NCBI GenBank assembly: GCA_009914755.4
Contig: CP086569.2
Span: 29,632,001-29,696,000, forward strand
DNA length: 64,000 bases
Origin: the human T2T-CHM13v2.0 reference genome, Homo sapiens
Reading direction: 5' to 3'
In this document: positions 1-14,399 of the stretch, piece by piece
How the letters are laid out: each line of letters opens with the position of its first letter
Numbering within the stretch: the stretch's first letter is position 1
Translations under genes and position numbers: made by a program
The notes under the pieces: generated by a model
The model's input: only the letters and a program-made list of their open reading frames with translations
Databases searched by the model: none
Told to the model about the DNA's origin: nothing

Positions 1-219
1 CGGAAAGGAAAGGAATGGAATGGAATGGAATGTGCTGGAATGGAAAGGAATCGAAACGAATGGAATGGAATCGAACTGAAGAGACTGGAATGGAATGCAC
101 TGGAATGGAAGGGAGTGTAATGGAAGGTTCTCGACAAAAATGGAATCGAATGGAATGGAATTGAATGGAACGGAATAGAGTCGAATGGAATTGAATGGAA
201 TGGAATGGACTAGAGTGAA
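1..219 (+). repeat. Partial HOR copy (3' tail of a unit, cut by the window start)
   Basis: Bases 1-219 align to the last ~220 bp of later units. For example cggaaaggaaaggaatggaatggaatgg...ggaatcgaaacgaatgg matches 7111-7326. Confidence 0.85.
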
Positions 220-3200
220 ATGGAATCGAACCACAAGGAATGGACAGGAATAGAATGGTCTCGAATTGAATGGAATCGTATGGAATGGCATCAAACGGAA
301 TGGAATGGACAGCCACGGAATGGAATGCACTCGAATGCAATGGAGTCGAAACTAATGGACTGGAATAGAATGGACTCGACTGGTACGGACTGCAATGGAA
401 TGGAATCGAATGGAATGGAATCGAACGGAATGGACTCGAAGGGAAAAGACTGCAATGGAAAGGTCTCGAATGGAATGGAAATTAATGGAATGGAATGGAA
501 TCGAATGAAATGGAGTCAAAAGGAATGGAATCGAATGGCAAGAAATCGAATGTAATGGAATCGCAAGGAATTGATGTGAAGGGAACGGAATGGAATGGAA
601 TCCAAAGGAATGGAATAGAATGGAATGGAATCGAATGGAAAGGACTCGAATGGAAATCACTCGAATAGAATGCAATTTAATAAAATAGGATCAAATGTAA
701 TGGAATTGAATGGAAAGGAATCGAAACGAAAGGAATGGAGACAGATGGAATGGAATGGAACAGAGAGCAATGGTATAGAATGGAATGGAATCATCTGGAA
801 TGGAATTGAATGGAATGGAATAATATGAAATGGAATGGAATGGAATGGAATGCCCTTGAATTAAATGGACTGGAATGGAATGGACTCGAATAGAGTGGAA
901 TGGAAAGTGTTGAGATAGAATGGAATGGACTCTTTGGAATGGTGTAGTATGCAATGCAATCGACTGGCAGGGAATCAAAAGGAATGTAATGGAATGGATT
1001 GGACTGGAATGCAATGGACTCGAATAGATTGGAAACGGAATGCAAAGGAATGGAATGGAATAGTATGGAATGGAATGGAAAGGAATGGAGTGGAATAGAC
1101 TAGAGTGGAATGGAATGGACTGGAAAGCAATGGACTGGAATGGAACTTTCTTGAATGGACTGGAATCAAACGGAATGGAATGCAATGCAATCAAATGGCA
1201 TGGAATAAAATAGAATGAAAGAGAATCTAATGGAATTGAATCGAATGGAATCGAATGGATTGGAAAGGAATAGAATGGAATGGAATGGAATTGACTCAAA
1301 TGGAATGGACTAGAATGGAATGGATTCGAATGGAAGGCAAAGGAATGGAATCTATTGGAATGGACTGTAATGGAATGGAATGGAAGGGATTGGAATGGAC
1401 TCGAATGGAATGGACTGCAATAGAAAGGATTCGAATGGAATGAAAAAGAATTGAATGGAATAGAACAGAATGGAATCAAATCGAATGAAATGGAATGGAA
1501 TAGAAAGGAATGGAATGAAATGGAATGGAAAGGATTCGAATGGAATGCAGTCGAATGGAATGGAATTGAACGGAATGGAATAAAATGGAAGCAAACTGGC
1601 AAGAAATGGAATCGAAATGAATGGAGTGTTATGGAACGGACTCAAAAGGAATTGAATGTAATAGAATGGAGTGGAGTGGACTCGAATATAATGGACTGGA
1701 ATGGAATGAAATCACATGGAATGGGAACGAATGGAATGGAATGGAAAGGAATGGAATCGAATGGAAAGGAATCGAATGGAAGGGAATGAAATTGAATCAA
1801 CAGGAATGGAAGGGAATAGAATAGACGGTAATGGAATGGACTCGAATAGAATGGACACGAATGCTCAAATTGAATGGACTCGAATGGAATGGAAACGAAA
1901 GGAATGTCATCGAATGGAATTGAATCGATTGGAATGAAATCGCATAGAATGGAGTGGAATCAAATGGAATTGAATCGAAAGGAAAGGAAGCGAATGGACT
2001 GAAATGAAATGGAATGGAATTGAATGGAAAGTAATGCAATGGAAGAGAATGGAAGGAAATTTCACGGAATGGAATCAAACTGAATGGAATCAAATCATTG
2101 GAATATAATCAAATGGAATGGAAAGGAATTGAATGGAATAGATTGGATTGGATGGGATTGGAATGAAATGTACTGGAAAGGACTCGAATTTCATGAAACG
2201 GAATGGAATGAATTGGAACGGAATGGACTCGAATGGAATGGAATGTCATGGAATGGCATCAAATGGAATGGCATCAAATGGAATGGAATCGAATGCAATG
2301 GAATGCTATGGAATGGAATGGAATGCATTGGAATGGAATGTCCTCTAATGGAATGGATTCGAGTGGAATGGAATCGAATATAATGGAGTCGAATGAAATG
2401 GAATTGAAAGGAATGGGTTCGAATACAATGGAATATACTGGAATGTAAGGTAATGATCTCGAATGTAATTGACTGGAATGGAATGTACATGAACGGAATG
2501 TAATCGAATGGAAAGTAATCCAATGGAATAGAATCTAATGCAATAAAATCGACTCAGATAGAGTAGAATGTAATGGAATGGAGTGCAGTGCAATGGAATG
2601 GAATGGAATGGAATGCAATGGAATGGAATGGAATGGAATGGAATGGAATGGAATGGGATGGAATGGTATGGAATGGATAGTAATGAACTGGAGTGAAATG
2701 GACTGGAAAGGAATGGACCCAAATTGAAAGGGCTCGAAAGGAATGGAGTCAAATGGAATGGTCTGGAATGGAATGAACACGAATGTAATGCAATCCAATA
2801 GAATGGAATCGAATGGCATGGAATATAAAGAAATGGAATCGAAGAGAATGGAAACAAATGGAATGGAATTGAATGGAATGGAATTGAATGGAATGGGAAC
2901 GAATGGAGTGAAATTGTATGCAGTAGAAGAGAATAGAATGGAATGCAAGCGAAAGGAAAGGAATGGATTGGAATGGAATGGAATTCATTGGAATGGAAGG
3001 GAATGTAGTGTAATGGACAGGCCTGGAATAAAGTGGAATGCTACGGTCTCGAATGGAATAAAAATGTATGGAATGGAATGCAATGAAACGGAATCGAATG
3101 TCATAGAATGTAATGGAATGCAAAAAAATGGACTCCAAAATCATTGACTGGAAAGGCTGGGTGTCGAAAGGAATTGACTCCAATGGAATGGAATCGAATG

Positions 3201-3772
3201 GAATGGAAGTGAAGAGAATCGAACTAAATCGAATGGAATGGAATTGATAGGAACGGAATGGAAAGGAATGCAATGATTTGGCATGGAATGGAATCGAATG
3301 GCATCGAATGGAATGGAATGGAATGCAATGGAATGGAATGTATTAGAATGTAATGAACTTTAATGGAATGTACTCGAATGGATTCGACTGGAATGGAATG
3401 TTCTGGAAGTGAATGGACTCCAATAGAATGGATTCAAAAGGAATGGAATCTTACGGAATGGAATCTAATGGAATGGAATTAAATGGAAATGAATAAAATT
3501 GAATAGCACGGAATTGAATTGAATGGAATCGAATGCAATGGTATCTAATGAAACGGAAAGGAAAGGAATGGAATGGAATGGAATGGGCTGGAATGGAAAG
3601 GAATCGAAACGAATGGAATGGAATCGAACTGAAGAGACTGGAATGGAATGCACTGGAATGGAAGGGAGTGTAATGGAAAGTTCTCGACAAAAATGGAATC
3701 GAATGGAATGGAATTGAATGGAACGGAATAGAGTCGAATGGAATTGAATGGAATGGAATGGACTAGAGTGAA
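220..3772 (+). repeat. HOR copy 1 (3553 bp)
   Basis: Bounded by recurrence of the landmark atggaatcgaaccacaagg at 220 and 3773. The internal landmark order is conserved. Confidence 0.85.
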
Positions 3773-6700
3773 ATGGAATCGAACCACAAGGAATGGACAG
3801 GAATAGAATGGTCTCGAATTGAATGGAATCCTATGGAATGGCATCAAACGGAATGGAATGGACAGCCACGGAATGGAATGCACTTGAATGCAATGGAGTC
3901 GAAACTAATGGACTGGAATAGAATGGACTCGACTGGTACGGACTCCAATGGAATGGAATCGAATGGAAGGGAATCAAACGGAATGGACTCGAAGGGAAAA
4001 GACTGCAATGGAAAGGTCTCGAATGGAGTGGAAATTAATGGAATGGAATGGAATCGAATGAAATGGAGTCAAAAGGAATGGAATCGAATGGCAAGAAATC
4101 AAATGTAATGGAATCGCAAGGAATTGATGTGAACGGAACGGAATGGAATGGAATCCAAAGAAATGGAATAGAATGGAATGGAATCGAATGGAAAGGACTC
4201 GAATGGAAATCACTCGAATAGAATGCAATTTCATAAAATAGGATCATATGTAATGGAATGGAATGGAAAGGAATTGAAACGAAAGGAATGGAGACAGATG
4301 GAATGGAATGGAACAGAGAGCAATGGTTTAGAATGGAATGGACTCATCTGGAATGGAATTGAATGGAATGGAATAATATGAAATGGAATGGAATGGAATG
4401 GAATGCCCTTGAATTAAATGGAATGGAATGGAATGGACTCGAACAGAGTGGAATGGAAAGTGTTGAAATAGAATGGAATCGACTCCTTTGGAATGGTCTA
4501 GTATGCAATGCAATCGACTGGCAGGGAATCAAAAGGAATGTAATCGAATGGATTGGACTGGAATGCAATGGATTCGAATAGATTGGAAACGGAATGCAAA
4601 GGAATGGAATGGAATAGTATGGAATGGAATGGAAGGGAATGGAGTGGAATAGACTAGAGTGGAATGGAATGGACTGGAAAGCAATGGACTGGAATGGAAC
4701 TTTCTTGAATGGACTGGAATCAAACGGAATGGAATGCAATGCAATCAAATGGCATGGAATAAAATAGAATGAAAGAGAATCAAATGGAATTGAATCGAAT
4801 GGAATCGAATGGATTGGAAAGGAATAGAATGGAATGGAATGGAATTGACTCAAATGGAATGGACAAGAATGGAATGGATTCGAATGGAAGGCAAAGGAAT
4901 GAAATCTATTGGAATGGAATGTAATGGAATGGAATGGAAGGGATTGGAATGGACTCGAATGGAATGGACTGCAATAGAAAGGATTCGAATGGAATGAAAA
5001 AGAATTGAATGGAATAGAACAGAATGGAATCAAATCGAATGAAATGGAATGGAATAGAAAGGAATGGAATGAAATGGAATGGAAAGGATTCGAATGGAAT
5101 GCAATCGAATGGAATGGAATCGAACGGAATGGAATAAAATGGAAGAAAACTGGTAAGAAATGGAATCGAAATGAATGGAGTGTTATGGAACGGACTCAAA
5201 AGGAATTGAATGTAATAGAATGGAGTGGAGTGGAGTCGAATACAATGGACTGGAATGGAATGAAATCACATGGAAAGGGAACGAATGGAATGGAATGGAA
5301 AGGAATGGAATCGAATGGAAAGGAATCGAATGGAAGGGAATGAAATTGAATCAACAGGAATGGAAGGGAATAGAATAGACGGTAATGGAATGGACTCGAA
5401 TAGAATGGACACGAATGCTCAAATTGAATGGACTCGAATGGAATGGAAACGAAAGGAATGTCATCGAATGGAATTGAATCGATTGGAATGAAATCACATA
5501 GAATGGAGTGGAATCAAATGGAATTGAATCGAAAGGAAAGGAAGCGAATGGACTGAAATGAAATGGAATGGAATTGAATGGAAAGTAATGCAATGGAATA
5601 GAATGGAACGAAATTTCACGGAATGCAATCAAACTGAATGGAATCAAATCAATGGAATATAATCAAATGGAATGGAAAGGAATTGAATGGAGTAGATTGG
5701 ATTGGATGGGATTGGAATGAAATGTACTGGAAAGGACTCGAATTTCATGAAACGGAATGGAATGAATTGGAACGGAATGGACTCGAATGGAATGGAATGT
5801 CATGGAAAGGCATCAAATGGAATGGAATCGAATGCAATGGAATGCTATGGAATGGAATGGAATGCATTGGAATGGAATGTCCTCTAATGGAATGGATTCG
5901 AGTGGAATGGAATCGAATATAATGGAGTCGAATAAAATGGAATTGAAAGGAATGGGATCGAATACAATGGAATATACTGGAATGTAATGTAATGAACTCG
6001 AATGTAATTGACTGGAATGGAATGTACATGAATGGAATGTAATCGAATGGAAAGTAATCCAATGGAATAGAATCTAATGCAATAAAATCGACTCAGATAG
6101 AGTAGAATGTAATAGAATGGAGCGCAGTGCAATGGAATGGAATGGAATGGAATGCAATGGAATGGAATGGAATGGAATGGGATGGAATGGAATGGAATGG
6201 AATGGAATGGGATGGAATGGTATGGAATGGATAGTAATGGAATGGAGTGAAATGGACTGGAAAGGAATGGACTCAAATTGAAAGGGCTCGAAAGGAATGG
6301 AGTCAAATGGAATGGTCTGGAATGGAATGAACACGAATGTAATGCAATCCAATAGAATGGAATCGAATGGCATGGAATATAAAGAAATGGAATCGAAGAG
6401 AATGGAAACAAATGGAATGGAATTGAATGGAATGGAATTGAATGGAATGGGAACGAATGGAGTGAAATTGTATGCAGTAGAAGAGAATAGAATGGAATGC
6501 AAGCGAAAGGAAAGGAATGGATTGGAATGGAATGGAATTCATTGGAATGGAAGGGAATGTGGTGTAATGGACAGGCCTGGAATAAAGTGGAATGCTACGG
6601 TCTCGAATGGAATAAAAATGTATGGAATGGAATGCAATGAAACGGAATCGAATGTCATAGAATGTAATGGAATGCAAAAAAATGGACTCCAAAATCATTG

Positions 6701-7326
6701 ACTGGAAAGGCTGGGTGTCGAAAGGAATTGACTCCAATGGAATGGAATCGAATGGAATGGAAGTGAATAGAATCGAACTAAATCGAATGGAATGGAATAG
6801 ATAGGAACGGAATGGAAAGGAATGCAATGATTTGGCATGGAATGGAATCGAATGGCATCGAATGGAATGGAATGGAATGCAATGGAATGGAATGTATTAG
6901 AATGTAATGAACTTTAATGGAATGTACTCGAATGGATTCGACTGGAATGGAATGTTCTGGAAGTGAATGGACTCCAATGGAATGGATTCAAAAGGAATGG
7001 AATCGTACGGAATGGAATCTAATGGAATGGAATTAAATGGAAATGAATCAAATTGAATAGCACGGAATTGAATTGAATGGAATCGAATGCAATGGAATCT
7101 AATGAAACGGAAAGGAAAGGAATGGAATGGAATGGCATGGGCTGGAATGGAAAGGAATCGAAACGAATGGAATGGAATCGAACTGAAGAGACTGGAATGG
7201 AATGCACTGGAATGGAAGGGAGTGTAATGGAAGGTTCTCGAAAAAAATGGAATCGAATGGAATGGAATTGAATGGAACGGAATAGAGTCGAATGGAATTG
7301 AATGGAATGGAATGGACTAGAGTGAA
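3773..7326 (+). repeat. HOR copy 2 (3554 bp)
   Basis: Landmark recurrence at 3773 and 7327. Confidence 0.85.
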
Positions 7327-10300
7327 ATGGAATCGAACCACAAGGAATGGACAGGAATAGAATGGTCTCGAATTGAATGGAATCGTATGGAATGGCATCA
7401 AACGGAATGGAATGGACAGCCACGGAATGGAATGCACTTGAATGCAATGGAGTCGAAACTAATGGACTGGAATAGAATGGACTCGACTGGTACGGACTCC
7501 AATGGAATGGAATCGAATGGAAGGGAATCGAACGGAATGGACTCGAAGGGAAAAGACTGCAATGGAAAGGTCTCGAATGGAATGGAAATTAATGGAATGG
7601 AATGGAATCGAATGAAATGGAGTCAAAAGGAATGGAATCGAATGGCAAGAAATCGAATGTAATGGAATCGCAAGGAATGGATGTGAACGGAACGGAATGG
7701 AATGGATTCCAAAGGAATGGAATAGAATGGAATGGAATCGAATGGAAAGGACTCGAATGGAAATCACTCGAATAGAATGCAATTTAATAAAATAGGATCA
7801 AATGGAATGGAATGGGATGGAAAGGAATCGAAACGAAAGGAATGGAGACAGATGGAATGGAATGGAACAGAGAGCAATGGTATAGAATGGAATGGAATCA
7901 TCTGGAATGGAATTGAATGGAATGGAATAATATGAAATGGAATGGAATGGAATGGAATGCCCTTGAATTAAATGGACTGGAATGGAATGGACTCGAACAG
8001 AGTGGAATGGAAAGTGTTGAGATAGAATGCAATGGACTCCTTTGGAATGGTGTAGTATGCAATGCAATCGACTGGCAGGGAATCAAAAGGAATGTAATGG
8101 AATGGATTGGACTGGAATGCAATGGACTCGAATAGATTGGAGACGGAATGCAAAGGATTGGAATGGAATAGTATGGAATGGAATGGAAAGGAATGGAGTG
8201 GAATAGACTAGAGTGGAATGGAATGGACTGGAAAGCAATGGACTGGAATGGAACTTTCTTGAATGGACTGGAATCAAACGGAATGGAATGCAATGCAATC
8301 AAATGGCATGGAATAAAATAGAATGAAAGAGAATCAAATGGAATTGAATCGAATGGAATCGAATGGATTGGAAAGGAATAGAATGGAATGGAATGGAATT
8401 GACTCAAATGGAATGGATTCGAATGGAAGACAAAGGAATGGAATCTATTGGAATGGACTGTAATGGAATGGAATGGAAGGGATTGGAATGGACTCGAATG
8501 GAATGGACTGCAATAGAAAGGATTCGAATGGAATGAAAAAGAATTGAATGGAATAGAACAGAATGGAATCAAATCGAATGAAATGGAATGGAATAGAAAG
8601 GAATGGAATGAAATGGAATGGAAAGGATTCGAATGGAATGCAATCGAATGGAATGGAATCGAACGGAATGGAATAAAATGGAAGAAAACTGGCAAGAAAT
8701 GGAATCGAAATGAATGGAGTGTTATGGAACGGACTCAAAAGGAATTGAATGTAATAGAATGGAGTGGAGTGGACTCGAATATAATGGACTGGAATGGAAT
8801 GAAATCACATGGAAAGGGAACGAATGGAATGGAATGGAAAGGAATGGAATCGAATGGAAAGGAATCGAATGGAAGGGAATGAAATTGAATCAACAGGAAT
8901 GGAAGGGAATAGAATAGACGGTAATGGAATGGACTCGAATAGAATGGACACGAACGCTCAAATTGAATAGACTCGAATGGAATGGAAACGAAAGGAATGT
9001 CATCGAATGGAATTGAATCGATTGGAATGAAATCGCATAGAATGGAGTGGAATCAAATGGAATTGAATCGAAAGGAAAGGAAGCGAATGGACTGAAATGA
9101 AATGGAATGGAATTGAATGGAAAGTAATGCAATGGAATAGAATGGAACGAAATTTCACGGAATGGAATCAAACTGAATGGAATCAAATCAATGGAATATA
9201 ATCAAATGGAATGGAAAGGAATTGAATGGAGTAGATTGGATTGGATGGGATTGGAATGAAATGTACTGGAAAGGATTCGAATTTCATGAAACGGAATGGA
9301 ATGAATTGGAACGGAATGGACTCGAATGGAATGGAATGTCATGGAAAGGCATCAAATGGAATGGAATCGAATGCAATGGAATGGTATGGAATGGAATGGA
9401 ATGCATTGGAATGGAATGTCCTCTAATGGAATGGATTCGAGTGGAATGGAATCGAATATAATGGAGTCGAATAAAATGGAATTGAAAGGAATGGGATCGA
9501 ATACAATGGAATATACTGGAATGTAATGTAATGAACTCGAATGTAATTGACTGGAATGGAATGTACATGAATGGAATGTAATCGAATGGAAAGTAATCCA
9601 ATGGAATAGAATCTAATGCAATAAAATCGACTCAGATAGAGTAGAATGTAACAGAATGGAGTGCAGTGCAATGGAATGGAATGGAATGGAATGCAATGGA
9701 ATGGAATGGAATGGAATGGAATGGAATGGAATGGGATGGAATGGTATGGAATGGATAGTAATGGACTGGAGTGAAATGGACTGGAAAGGAATGGACTCAA
9801 ATTGAAAGGGCTCGAAAGGAATGGAGTCAAATGGAATGGTCTGGAATGGAATGAACACGAATGTAATGCAATCCAATAGAATGGAATCGAATGGCATGGA
9901 ATATAAAGAAATGGAATCGAAGAGAATGGAAACAAATGGAATGGAATTGAATGGAATGGAATTGAATGGAATGGGAACGAATGCAGTGAAATTGTATGCA
10001 GTAGAAGAGAATAGAATGGAATGCAAGCGAAAGGAAAGGAATGGATTGGAATGGAATGGAATTCATTGGAATGGAAGGGAATGTAGTGTAATGGACAGGC
10101 CTGGAATAAAGTGGAATGCTACGGTCTCGAATGGAATAAAAATGTATGGAATGGAATGCAATGAAACGGAATCGAATGTCATAGAATGTAATGGAATGCA
10201 AAAAAATGGACTCCAAAATCATTGACTGGAAAGGCTGGGTGTCGAAAGGAATTGACTCCAATGGAATGGAATCGAATGGAATGGAAGTGAATAGAATCGA

Positions 10301-10850
10301 ACTAAATCGAATGGAATGGAATAGATAGGAACGGAATGGAAAGGAATGCAATGATTTGGCATGGAATGGAATCGAATGGCATCGAATGGAATGGAACGGA
10401 ATGCAATGGAATGGAATGTATTAGAATGTAATGAACTTTAATGGAATGTACTCGAATGGATTCGAATGGAATGGAATGTTCTGGAAGTGAATGGACTCCA
10501 ATGGAATGGATTCAAAAGGAATGGAATCGTACGGAATGGAATCTAATGGAATGGAATTAAATGGAAATGAATCAAATTGAATAGCACGGAATTGAATTGA
10601 ATGGAATCGAAAGCAATGGAATCTAATGAAACGGAAAGGAAAGGAATGGAATGGAATGGAATGGGCTGGAATGGAAAGGAATCGAAACGAATGGAATGGA
10701 ATCGAACTGAAGAGACTGGAGTGGAATGCACTAGAATGGAAGGGAGTGTAATGGAAGGTTCTCGACAAAAATGGAATCGAATGGAATGGAATTGAATGGA
10801 ACGGAATAGAGTCGAATGGAATTGAATGGAATGGAATGGACTAGAGTGAA
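7327..10850 (+). repeat. HOR copy 3 (3524 bp; carries small pentamer-multiple deletions, e.g. a 15-bp loss near 8400)
   Basis: Landmark recurrence. The segment actagaatggaatgg present in other copies (e.g. 1301-1330) is missing at ~8405. Confidence 0.8.
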
Positions 10851-13800
10851 ATGGAATCGAACCACAAGGAATGGACAGGAATAGAATGGTCTCGAATTGA
10901 ATGGAATCGTATGGAATGGCATCAAACGGAATGGAATGGACAGCCACGGAATGGAATGCACTCGAATGCAATGGAGTCGAAACTAATGGACTGGAATAGA
11001 ATGGACTCGACTGGTACGGACTCCAATGGAATGGAATCGAATGGAAGGGAATCGAACGGAATGGACTCGAAGGGAAAAGACTGCAATGGAAAGGTCTCGA
11101 ATGGAATGGAAATTAATGGAATGGAATGGAATCGAATGAAATGGAGTCAAAAGGAATGGAATCGAATGGCAAGAAATCGAATGTAATGGAATCGCAAGGA
11201 ATTGATGTGAACGGAACGGAATGGAATGGAATCCAAAGGAATGGAATAGAATGGAATGGAATCGAATGGAAAGGACTCGAATGGAAATCACTCGAATAGA
11301 ATGCAATTTAATAAAATAGGATCAAATGGAATGGAATGGAATGGAAAGGAATCGAAACGAAAGGAATGGAGACAGATGGAATGGAATGGAACAGAGAGCA
11401 ATGGTATAGAATGGAATGGAATCATCTGGAATGGAATTGAATGGAATGGAATAATATGAAATGGAATGGAATGGAATGGAATGCCCTTGAATTAAATGGA
11501 CTGGAATGGAATGGACTCGAACAGAGTGGAATGGAAAGTGTTGAGATAGAATGCAATGGACTCCTTTGGAATGGTGTGGTATGCAATGCAATCGACTGGC
11601 AGTGAATCAAAAGGAATGTAATCGAATGGATTGGACTGGAATGCAATGGACTCGAATAGATTGGAGACGGAATGCAAAGGATTGGAATGGAATAGTATGG
11701 AATGGAATGGAAAGGAATGGAGTGGAATAGACTAGAGTGGAATGGAATGGACTGGAAAGCAATGGACTGGAATGGAACTTTCTTGAATGGACTGGAATCA
11801 AACGGAATGGAATGCAATGCAATCAAATGGCATGGAATAAAATAGAATGAAAGAGAATCAAATGGAATTGAATCGAATGGAATCGAATGGATTGGAAAGG
11901 AATAGAATGGAATGGAATGGAATTGACTCAAATGGAATGGACTAGAATGGAATGGATTCGAATGGAAGGCAAAGGAATGGAATCTATTGGAATGGACTGT
12001 AATGGAATGGAATTTAAGGGATTGGAATGGATTCGAATGGAATGGACTGCAATAGAAAGGATTCGAATGGAATGAAAAAGAATTGAATGGAATAGAACAG
12101 AATGGAATCAAATCGCATGAAATGGAATGGAATAGAAAGGAATGGAATGAAATGGAATGGAAAGGATTCGAATGGAATGCAATCGAATGGAATGGAATCG
12201 AACGGAATGGAATAAAATGGAAGAAAGCTGGCAAGAAATGGAATCGAAATGAATGGAGTGTTATGGAACGGACTCAAAAGGAATTGAATGTAATAGAATG
12301 GAGTGGAGTGGACTCGAATATAATGGACTGGAATGGAATGAAATCACATGGAATGGGAACGAATGGAATGGAATGGAAAGGAATGGAATCGAATGGAAAG
12401 GAATCGAATGGAAGGGAATGAAATTGAATCAACAGGAATGGAAGGGAATTGAATAGACGGTAATGGAATGGACTCGAATAGAATGGACACGAATGCTCAA
12501 ATTGAATGGACTCGAATGGAATGGAAACGAAAGGAATGTCATCGAATGGAATTGAATCGATTGGAATGAAATCGCATAGAATGGAGTGGAATCAAATGGA
12601 ATTGAATCGAAAGGAAAGGAAGCGAATGGACTGAAATGAAATGGAATGGAATTGAATGGAAAGTAATGCAATGGAATAGAATGGAACGAAATTTCACGGA
12701 ATGGAATGAAACTGAATGGAATCAAATCAATGGAATCTAATCAAGTGGAATGGAAAGGAATTGAATGGAGTAGATTGGATTGGATGGGATTGGAATGAGA
12801 TATACTGGAAAGGACTCGAGTTTCATAAAACGGAATGGAATGAATTGGAACGGAATGGACTCGAATGGAATGGAATGTCATGGAATGGCATCAAATGGAA
12901 TGGCATCAAATGGAATGGAATCGAATGCAGTGGAATGCTATGGAATTGAATGGAATGCATTGGAATGGAATGTCCTCTAATGGAATGGATTCGAGTGGAA
13001 TGGAATCGAATATAATGGAGTCGAATGAAATGGAATTGAAAGGAATGGGATCGAATACAATGGAATATACTGGAATGTAATGTAATGAACTAGAATGTAA
13101 TTGACTGGAATGGAATGTACATGAATGGAATGTAATCGAATGGAAAGTAATCCAATGGAATAGAATCTAATGCAATAAAATCGACTCAGATAGAGTAGAA
13201 TGTAATGGAATGGAGTGCAGTGCAATGGAATGGAATGCAATGGAATGGAATGGAATGGAATGGAATGGAATGGAATGGAATGGGATGGAATGGTATGGAA
13301 TGGATAGTAATGGACTGGAGTGAAATGGACTGGAAAGGAATGGACTCAAATTGAAAGGGCTCGAAAGGAATGGAGTAAAATGGAGTGGTCTGGAATGGAA
13401 TGAACACGAATGTAATGCAATCCAATAGAATGGAATCGAATGGCATGGAATATAAAGAAATGGAATCGAAGAGAATGGAAACAAATGGAATGGAATTGAA
13501 TGGAATGGAATTGAATGGAATGGGAACGAATGGAGTGAAATTGTATGCAGTGGAAGGGAATAGAATGGAATGCAAGCGAAAGGAAAGGAATGGATTGGAA
13601 TGGAATGGAATTCATTGGAATGGAAGGGAATGTAGTGTAATGGACAGGCCTGGAATAAAGTGGAATGCTACGGTCTCGAATGGAATAAAAATGTATGGAA
13701 TGGAATGCAATGAAACGGAATCGAATGTCATAGAATGTAATGGAATGCAAAAAAATGGAATCCAAAATCATTGACTGGAAAGGCTGGGTGTCGAAAGGAA

Positions 13801-14399
13801 TTGACTCCAATGGAATGGAATCGAATGGAATGGAAGTGAATAGAATCGAACTAAATCGAATGGAATGGAATTGATAGGAACGGAATGGAAAGGAATGCAA
13901 TGATTTGGCATGGAATGGAATCGAATGGCATCGAATGGAATAGAATGGAATGCAATGGAATGGAATGTATTAGAATGTAATGAACTTTAATGGAATGTAC
14001 TCGAATGGATTCGACTGGAATGGAATGTTCTGGAAGCGAATGGACTCCAATGGAATGGATTCAAAAGGAATGGAATCGTACGGAATGGAATCTAATGGAA
14101 TGGAATTAAATGGAAATGAATCAAATTGAATAGCACGGAATTGAATTGAATGGAATGGAATGCAATGGAATCTAATGAAACGGAAAGGAAAGGAATGGAA
14201 TGGAATGGAATGGGATGGAATGGAAAGGAACCGAAACGAATGGAATGGAATCGAACTGAAGAGACTGGAATGGAATGCACTGGAATGGAAGGGAGTGTAA
14301 TGGAAGGTTCTCGAAAAAAATTGAATCGAATGGAATGGAATTGAATGAAACGGAATAGAGTCGAATGGAATTGAATGGAATGGAATGGACTAGAGTGAA
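10851..14399 (+). repeat. HOR copy 4 (3549 bp)
   Basis: Landmark recurrence at 10851 and 14400. Confidence 0.85.

Noticed and set aside
220-555. ORF-track families repeating every ~3.55 kb, for example the 111-aa + ORF MESNHKEWTGIEWSRIEWN... recurring at 3773, 7327, 10851 and onward, which could look like a conserved multi-copy gene family rich in M, E, W, N and G
   Set aside because: They are a mathematical by-product of the GGAAT pentamer. GGA-ATG-GAA-TGG-AAT has no stop in any frame and supplies an ATG every 5 bp. ORF boundaries are set by random satellite point variants. There are no upstream signals and no compositional break from the surrounding satellite, and the identical periodicity equals the HOR. 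Some copies lose or merge the ORF through single substitutions without compensation.
672-697. AATAAA hexamer in gcaatttaataaaatagg, recurring in every unit, as a possible polyadenylation signal
   Set aside because: It occurs by chance in an AT-rich island of the HOR. There is no upstream gene, no GU-rich downstream element and no evidence of a transcript end.
691-1602. Long minus-strand ORFs (up to 366 aa, e.g. 53297-54397) encoding IPFHSIPFHS-like low-complexity peptides
   Set aside because: Same artefact on the complementary strand: ATT-CCA-TTC-CAT-TCC gives I-P-F-H-S with no stops. The ORFs overlap + strand ORFs in every unit, which is not a plausible gene arrangement.
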